NCBI GenBank assembly: GCA_052426225.1
Contig: JBNJNM010000012.1
Coordinates: 1,302,001-1,366,000 of the forward strand
Direction: 5' to 3'
DNA from: Zancudomyces culisetae HAW-14-8
Lineage: Eukaryota > Fungi > Kickxellomycota
Length of the DNA: 64,000 bases
Under the pieces are notes generated by a model. It searched no databases. It was not told the origin of the DNA and worked only from the letters and a program-made list of their open reading frames with translations. This document shows, piece by piece, positions 57,244-64,000 of this stretch (positions are counted from its first letter, which is position 1; the number at the start of each line of letters is the position of its first letter). The translations under genes and the position numbers were made by a program.

Positions 57244-60200
57244 ATGGGTGTCGCATTGAGAAGAGAATTTCCTGTTGTGCTTAAACTAAAAAGTAACGCA
57301 GGAGTAGTAGTGCAATACTCTCGAAAAGAATATAGGAATACTGCATCGGAAAAAGGAATAGACCGCATTAATGGTTCTGATCCAGAGCCAAAAGAAATAA
57401 AAGATGAAGCTTTCTATATAATTACAGTCTTGAACAAATGCAAAAGCAAAAGCAAAAAAAGAAGTAGCGATAAAAATGATTTTACTTGCTCTAGCAGTCT
57501 GGATATCAAACTAAATGAAGAGGATTCAGGCAAATGTGATATAAATAATGTAAGAGGAATGAAAAGGCAGAGTAAAGGGCAAGAAAGCAAGAGTCAAGCA
57601 GGACGAAAAGTAACTATACAATACGAAATCAAAAGAACATTTGAAGAGTTTGAAAGGTTGTACACGATACTGGAGCAAAAGTATGGGAAAAGTGAAATGC
57701 AGGGAAAGTTTGAAATCAAGCCACGAGCAGTGCATGGATCTCTACGAAGAAATCTGAGGCAGGTAATGGGTTCGCTACGCAAAAACAGCCTTAAAATACG
57801 AGCAAATGGTGATCAGCGGGATAGGCGGAACAGGCGGAACACCACTAGCTTGGAAGGCAGTAAGACGTTAGACAAGCGCGAGAGAATGGTGTATCAGATG
57901 GTTTCTGAACTGTTTAACAACAGGGTGTTTATGGACGATGAGATTATAAGGGAGTTTTTTGGGATATGGAATAGGGACTACAATTCAAGGTTTCTGAAGA
58001 AAAAACCAAAGGATTCCAAGGGGGAGCATAGGCATAATGAGGGTGATAGCAATGATAATGTTAGTGATAGTAGCGACAGAGAGTCTATGAAATTCTCTTC
58101 AGAAATTTATAGCAGTATGTATTGTTCTTTGGCAAACGAACGGTTATATAACGTTGATGAGGCGATGACCGAACTGACAAACAACACTGAAAGAAATAAA
58201 GTTACCAATATTGCATCTACGCTTAACAATGGCTATTTTGACAATAAATACAAAAACAAAAAAAGAGACACTGAAGAGCTAATAAGTAATACCGCTACAG
58301 GGGATAAAAAGAGGCAAACCAATGCAATAATATCAAGAATTGCGTTTTTTGTGGGCAAAAAGCAGAAAAAGACACTCAGTAGGTCACAGACACAAAAGCA
58401 ATATAAATACCCCGAAAACAACAATTTGGGTGACAATAATGGCAATTCTAGGTTGTTGGAACTGAGAATGAGCAGTTTTGGCCGACCTTTGCTTAAAAAT
58501 GGAATTCCTAGCATCCATAGTAATCATTACAACGGCAGCAGTAAAAAACACAGTACTTTTACCAGATCTGATGGTAATATTTTTGTTGGCAACAACGAAG
58601 ACAACAAAGCAAACAGCGGAAATGATATCAGTATTGATGGGGAGCATCAACAAAGATGTTCAGACCAGAGTATTGAAGATTTTGTAAACCAGCATAGCGA
58701 GGAAAACAAAAACAAACTGGTGGTATCAAAGGCGGCTTTAGGGGACAAGGAGGACGGTGGTGGCTTTAAGGCGTATTATATGAGTCAGGGCACTCCAATT
58801 GCGCAGGATTTATTAATGGGATTTAACCATGTTAACAGTAGCTGTACTAGTAACCTCGAAGGTGACAGGCGCAAACAAAAGGTGAAAAAAACGTCAGTAA
58901 ATACCAACATCAGCTATAACAACAGTTTTAACAATATTAGCAATACATACGAAGGGTACTCTAGTAAAACCGGAAGTGGAAACTTAAGTGGCGCGGAGCT
59001 ACTAAGAACTTTTTCATTAAAAACGCTAAATGGCTTACTAAAATTTAGTGGCAACAAGAAAAATAAGCGATATGGAGTGAATTTAAAATCTAGTCAGCAT
59101 TCTGTACTTGGAGATTTCCACTCTGGAAACAAAACCGCAGCTTATAGTATTGGTGAAGGCACCTATGACAACACACATGTCAGCATCTCCAAGACACAAG
59201 GTGAAAATGGTGATACTGTTAGCATCAATAGCAATACACAAAAGTCGTCGAATGATACATTCAATATTAACGGTAGTGATATAATTAACGGCAATACAAA
59301 AGCTCCCACCACATCGATTCCGTCGTTATCAAGAAAGCTGTCCAGAGAAACTTCTGAGATGTATGTTGAACCGGATTATAATGTTGACAATAAATCAAGC
59401 AATGGTGATAGCAAAGTGGTTAATGTAAACAGTCTCGAGAATATTGCTGAAATGGAGAACGAAAACGAAAATGACGTCAAGGTGCAAAGTGACATCAAAA
59501 TACAAAATGACATCAAAATACAAAATGACATCAAAACAAAAGACGACAATATCAACGCTACTAATAATGATCAGAATAACTCTATTGACTCTATAATTCA
59601 TCAGGAAAGCTCGACTAATCATGCCTTACAAACTCATTTTGTTGATCATTTTGAAAGATCTAGTTTTAATCAGCAAACAAAAACATTTCAAACTGAACAG
59701 GAAAGGGATGTGGCAGAAAAAGATGAAACCTTGATCTACTCCAAAGCCACACTTGCAGTGAATGATGGTCCGAGTCAAGATGCTGACTATTACTATGATC
59801 AATATGTGGAAAACCAACAAACACTCGCGATTCTTAATACCATAGTCAACTCTAAACCATTGTTCACAATACCTACTATACCGAGTATCAATTCCAAAAT
59901 CAGGTTAAATGCCAATGCTAGGCTCAAGCATTCAGCTGACGGTATCAATTCTATAGTGCTATTGTTCAAAATACATATCCCAAAGCTCGGCATAAACTTT
60001 ATACTCAAACTATCACCAATTCCTGATCTTAATGATAGTCATCAATTCGAAATTGGTGCAGGTGGTACGCAACCATTGATAAACCCACTGGTGGAATACT
60101 TTGGACTAATGAATGAGAATTATGGTATTGGGGGATATGATTGGCTCCGTGCTTGTATAATAAAAAAGCTGTCATTTTACAACATCAGCACCGCAGCTAG

Positions 60201-60660
60201 CAACAGCAATAGTAATAGTAATAGTAATAGCAATAGCAATATTAATGATGCACATACCAATGGTAACAACAGTTGTGGTAGTGGTAGCAGCGATGAATAT
60301 GAAAAAAAAATCAAGACTCGTCAGGAGGATATGCTTGATAACCTTATCATTTTTACCCGGAATTATTTGGATCCAAATAATAACAGCAACATACATAACT
60401 ACGAGGATAGAAATGGCGATTCAGACATAAATTCAAGTGGTTATGGGTGTGGGTATGGATATGGATATGGATATGGGTATGATTATAACGATGACATTTC
60501 CATGTCAAATCGGTTGTTGTATGTTGTGGATAATAATCAGAAATTTGAATACTTGCTGGACTACGTCTATGATAGTATTTATAAGAGTAGTAGTATCAAT
60601 AGTGGCAATAATACAAATGGGAATAGACGTATTATTAAAATTTATTTATACGCCATTTAA
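57244..60660 (+). CDS. Host protein, Asn/Ser-rich, with a probable PX-like domain in the N-terminal quarter
   Basis: 1138-aa ORF; YEIKRTFEEFERLY..L..KY and ..DEIIREFF resemble PX-domain motifs; function not assignable. Confidence 0.7.
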   Translation: MGVALRREFPVVLKLKSNAGVVVQYSRKEYRNTASEKGIDRINGSDPEPKEIKDEAFYIITVLNKCKSKSKKRSSDKNDFTCSSSLDIKLNEEDSGKCDINNVRGMKRQSKGQESKSQAGRKVTIQYEIKRTFEEFERLYTILEQKYGKSEMQGKFEIKPRAVHGSLRRNLRQVMGSLRKNSLKIRANGDQRDRRNRRNTTSLEGSKTLDKRERMVYQMVSELFNNRVFMDDEIIREFFGIWNRDYNSRFLKKKPKDSKGEHRHNEGDSNDNVSDSSDRESMKFSSEIYSSMYCSLANERLYNVDEAMTELTNNTERNKVTNIASTLNNGYFDNKYKNKKRDTEELISNTATGDKKRQTNAIISRIAFFVGKKQKKTLSRSQTQKQYKYPENNNLGDNNGNSRLLELRMSSFGRPLLKNGIPSIHSNHYNGSSKKHSTFTRSDGNIFVGNNEDNKANSGNDISIDGEHQQRCSDQSIEDFVNQHSEENKNKLVVSKAALGDKEDGGGFKAYYMSQGTPIAQDLLMGFNHVNSSCTSNLEGDRRKQKVKKTSVNTNISYNNSFNNISNTYEGYSSKTGSGNLSGAELLRTFSLKTLNGLLKFSGNKKNKRYGVNLKSSQHSVLGDFHSGNKTAAYSIGEGTYDNTHVSISKTQGENGDTVSINSNTQKSSNDTFNINGSDIINGNTKAPTTSIPSLSRKLSRETSEMYVEPDYNVDNKSSNGDSKVVNVNSLENIAEMENENENDVKVQSDIKIQNDIKIQNDIKTKDDNINATNNDQNNSIDSIIHQESSTNHALQTHFVDHFERSSFNQQTKTFQTEQERDVAEKDETLIYSKATLAVNDGPSQDADYYYDQYVENQQTLAILNTIVNSKPLFTIPTIPSINSKIRLNANARLKHSADGINSIVLLFKIHIPKLGINFILKLSPIPDLNDSHQFEIGAGGTQPLINPLVEYFGLMNENYGIGGYDWLRACIIKKLSFYNISTAASNSNSNSNSNSNSNINDAHTNGNNSCGSGSSDEYEKKIKTRQEDMLDNLIIFTRNYLDPNNNSNIHNYEDRNGDSDINSSGYGCGYGYGYGYGYDYNDDISMSNRLLYVVDNNQKFEYLLDYVYDSIYKSSSINSGNNTNGNRRIIKIYLYAI

Positions 60661-60750
60661 CTTTATTGAAAATAAAAGTTAAGAGTTGAAATGTTTATTT
60701 TTTTTTTTAGTAGAATAAAGAAAAAGATAGCAACAATAATAAGATTAAAA

Positions 60751-62490
60751 CTATTGCTGGTGTTCTTGTTGTTCTTGTTGTTCTTGTTGTGGTTGTTGTG
60801 GTTGTCCGTTTGGGTGGATGTCAGATACCTCTTGCTGATGTTCTTGTTGTTGAGATGAGGATGCAACTTCAATTCTACAGATTGGACATGTCCCATTGAC
60901 CTGTAGCCACTTGACTATGCACTCAGCATGAAAATCATGGCCACAATTGAGAGCTGCCAGATCCTCATCTTGCTTGTAGTCTTCGAGACAGATGCCACAT
61001 TCCCGGCCGCTGTCTAAATACTCCTGACTGACTTTGTAGCGTTTTAATGCCTCAATGGTTTCAGCAGATGAAGGAGGAGGCGCGTACCTTCCCTGGCTCT
61101 GCTCCATCAGCTGTGTGATGACATCGTCGAGCCCGTGCGGACCCCATGCATAGTCACCCAAATTTCCACCAAGCCCAAAAAGCCCACCACCACTACCGCC
61201 TGGTCGCAATATTTCGACACTGGCGCTGCCTTCAGCCAAAGTATCAAGGAATGAACGCAAAAGAGTAGTCAGATTTGTAATGTTTGACTGGGTGCCGCTC
61301 TCTCCAGTTGGCGGGTATGTGTATACAAAGCTTTCGGTTTGTGTCTGCGGGTCGTTTGGATTCCGGCTGAATCCATACATTCCAGTAAACGGATCTTGTA
61401 CATGTTCCGAGCTTCGCTGCGTGCCTTCCTGTTGTTGCTGATCTATCGAAGCTGCCGTTCCTTCTGTTTCTCCTTCTGCTTCTGCTTCTGCTTCTCCCTC
61501 ACCTTCTCTTCTCCTCTGCCCATCTTCGCCCTCCCTTCTCATATTGCTATTATTACTATCCGTCGTCCGTGTTCGTGCGCTGGTTATTGGCTGCGAAAAT
61601 AGCTGCGACATTAGTGCTGCCACGTCGTTTTCAAAACTTCTAATTGTGTTGCTATATCGCATGTTTTCCTCTTCTCCTTCAGCTCTATTTCCCCGTCGTT
61701 GTTCTCGTGTTCTTCGTGTATATGCCCCTGGAAAAGAGTCGTAGATAGATTCGTTGTATTCGCTATCTTCGTCCATGTGCTCCTGTTCCTCTATATTGCT
61801 TTCTGGGAGTTCCTCGACAAATTCGCCATTACAACGAGTGCATGTTGGGTATGGCGTCTTGATTACGGCCACTTGTCGCTGGCACTGGTGACACCAGTAT
61901 CGTGCTGATGCCTGTTCTTGTTCTTGTTCTTGTTCTTGCTCTATCTCTTGTCCTTGTTCCTGTCCCTGTTCCTGTTCTTGTCCTTGTTCTTGTTCTTGTG
62001 CCTGTTCCTGTTCTTGTCCTTGTTCTTGTTCTTGTGCCTGCTCATTTGAAGGTTCGACCGCCTCTTCCATGTGCTCTGTTTGTAGCTGACCTGAATCGAC
62101 TTCCATTTTTTCTTGAGCTTCTATTTCATCTTTCTTGCCAATTTTATTTTCATTTTTACTAGTATTTTCCTGTTTATCATCACCACTACATCTATTAGCT
62201 ATATCGTTTACATTGCTGTCACTTTTACTATTAGTACTGTTATTATTATTGTTATTATTATTGTTATTATTCGTAGCACTGATGCTAGTGCTAGTGCTAG
62301 TGCTTGTGCTGGTACTGGTACTGGTACTGGTACTGGTACCGGTGCTGGATGTGTTTATATGTGGATTTAAATTTAATTGCAACTTCGAGCTAGTGGCTGA
62401 GTTTGCATTTTCATTATCTAGCTCAGAGGTCTCCTCTCTAATTTTCTTGCTGGCTCTCCTTTCTTCGTCTTCAAAGCCATTTCTATCCAT
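60751..62490 (-). CDS. RING-H2 E3 ubiquitin ligase, RNF126/RNF115-like
   Basis: Zinc ribbon YWCHQC..CTRCNGEFVEE; GDYAWG..LDDVITQLM; RING-H2 CGIC..CGHDFHAEC..W..CPIC. Confidence 0.9.
   Translation of the reverse strand: MDRNGFEDEERRASKKIREETSELDNENANSATSSKLQLNLNPHINTSSTGTSTSTSTSTSTSTSTSTSISATNNNNNNNNNNNSTNSKSDSNVNDIANRCSGDDKQENTSKNENKIGKKDEIEAQEKMEVDSGQLQTEHMEEAVEPSNEQAQEQEQGQEQEQAQEQEQGQEQEQGQEQGQEIEQEQEQEQEQASARYWCHQCQRQVAVIKTPYPTCTRCNGEFVEELPESNIEEQEHMDEDSEYNESIYDSFPGAYTRRTREQRRGNRAEGEEENMRYSNTIRSFENDVAALMSQLFSQPITSARTRTTDSNNSNMRREGEDGQRRREGEGEAEAEAEGETEGTAASIDQQQQEGTQRSSEHVQDPFTGMYGFSRNPNDPQTQTESFVYTYPPTGESGTQSNITNLTTLLRSFLDTLAEGSASVEILRPGGSGGGLFGLGGNLGDYAWGPHGLDDVITQLMEQSQGRYAPPPSSAETIEALKRYKVSQEYLDSGRECGICLEDYKQDEDLAALNCGHDFHAECIVKWLQVNGTCPICRIEVASSSQQQEHQQEVSDIHPNGQPQQPQQEQQEQQEHQQ
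61910..62040 (-). repeat. Coding microsatellite (EQ/GQ repeats); also TS and N runs at ~62240-62345
   Basis: TGTTCT/TGTCCT and GTACTG/GTGCTA hexamer runs. Confidence 0.85.
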
Positions 62491-64000
62491 TTTTCTTTAT
62501 GATTCCTGATTCTATTACTTTGAGTTCTAGGTGGGAATGGGTTGGGTTTGGTTGGGTTGGGATGTGGAGGGAGAGGGGTGGGGAAAGTCAAACCTGTTTT
62601 GTTTATTCCTTATTTTAGTACACGTATAGCTCTATTTTATTATTTCTTTTTTTTTTTTATCTGGTCCAATTCTTGGGTTTTTCAAATAATTATTTGCGAA
62701 TTAGTAAATTAATTTGCTAATTAATTATTAAACAGAATACACAATCAAGTAATAGTTTTATTTTATTTTTACTTATTTTTTAACTCTTTTGAAATATTGT
62801 CAATAATCCTTCCTCCCTCTTCCTCCCTCCCCCTAATACTTGCAACAACTTTATGTTTGAGAAGGAAACAAAACTATTGCAAATTGACATGCAAAAAAAA
62901 GTTTGGTGTTTTGTCTGTTCTTTATTTTCTCGTCACATTTCTAACTCCTTTGAATAATATCTTTAAAATGTATCATTTCCAAACTAATCTTTGTACTCTA
63001 TTCTTGCCTTTTTGGATATTATTAGTATTATTCCCTTGGTTTGCTACAAAAAATATATAAAAATACATGGCACTTATTCTATAGCCGTTTACCCACTTTA
63101 TCACCCACCCCTTTTCTCACTCCTTCTCCAACTCCTTCTAATCATGAAAAAATGTATGTATATTTTCCTAGTCACATAATCAATTGTATTCAATATTCAA
63201 AAATTTCAAGGGGAAAGAAAGGTGAAAAGTGAGTTTTTTCATACTGTTTTTTTCTGCTTTATTTATATACACTTAATTCACTAACCCTTCCTCAGCATTG
63301 ATTAAAAGTGTTGTTTGCATAAACCTTCAAGTGAACCAATACATTCAGATATCCTAGTAGCAATAAAAAAAGTTAGATAGCTTGGAAGTGTTCTATCCCC
63401 AAGTGTTCGTGTTCGTATCCGTGTCTGTGTTTGTGTTTTTTTAAGATCATTCAAACTTTTTGATAACTTGTACTCTTCTCTAATTATGTCTATGGTCTCC
63501 CTTACCTACCAGTGACATCAGATTTTAACAACATCTAGTTAGTATTTCTTGTACTTTACTTCATTTTAGCCTGGTAGGGTCATATAGAAATGACATGCTT
63601 TAAAACACATAAATCAAAGCTAAAGTAACCTTATTTTTTGTCAAAAAACCAAGAGCAAATAAATGAACCAAGTTTTATCTCCGAATATGTTGTGAACCTT
63701 AAATACAAAATATATGTACTGCTAAATAAAAAATTGTATAAATATTACACGAAAACCAATAACCATCGATAAAAAAAAACGGAACTACTACCGAGTTTCT
63801 TATCCACATATTTCATACTTTTGTTGGTAGCTAGATTTAACACGAAATATGCTAAAATAAGTATAAGCGATGCTCAAACCCATGACCATTCTTGGTGTCT
63901 AATGTTCTTATTTTTTCTTTTCGGTTTTATCTTAGGCTTGTGGAGCTATCTCTTGTTTTTATTTGCATATACATCTAAGCTATGCGAAAGCTCCATACCA

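Overview
AT-rich eukaryotic DNA, most likely fungal; the organism is inferred from gene and element style only. The first ~53 kb are almost all transposon-derived, followed by two convergent host genes (a PX-domain-like protein and an RNF126/RNF115-like RING-H2 ligase). The elements are organised in two ways. (1) Three + strand tRNA loci (dicistronic Phe-Leu, dicistronic Ser-Gly, single Val) each carry on their 5' side a train of non-chromodomain Ty3/Gypsy elements and solo LTRs from many families. These are packed end to end with ~1-7 nt spacers, and the proximal element ends 8-9 nt before the tRNA. Overlapping 4-bp TSDs can be chained, showing repeated insertion at one docking site with the newest element next to the tRNA. 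The five integrases share a C-terminal motif, and the LTRs share an ENE-like U-rich stem-loop. One LTR-like unit carries a small ORF with an excess of synonymous changes and an NES-like motif. One element encodes only Gag+IN behind a 2.9-kb hairpin-rich leader. (2) A ~10-kb core of nested insertions with 5-bp TSDs, including a self-priming chromovirus, lies between the arms of a near-perfect inverted duplication (1-3820 vs 13780-17601). Two decayed Tc1/mariner elements sit between the tRNA islands. All comparisons were made by eye; no database searches were run.
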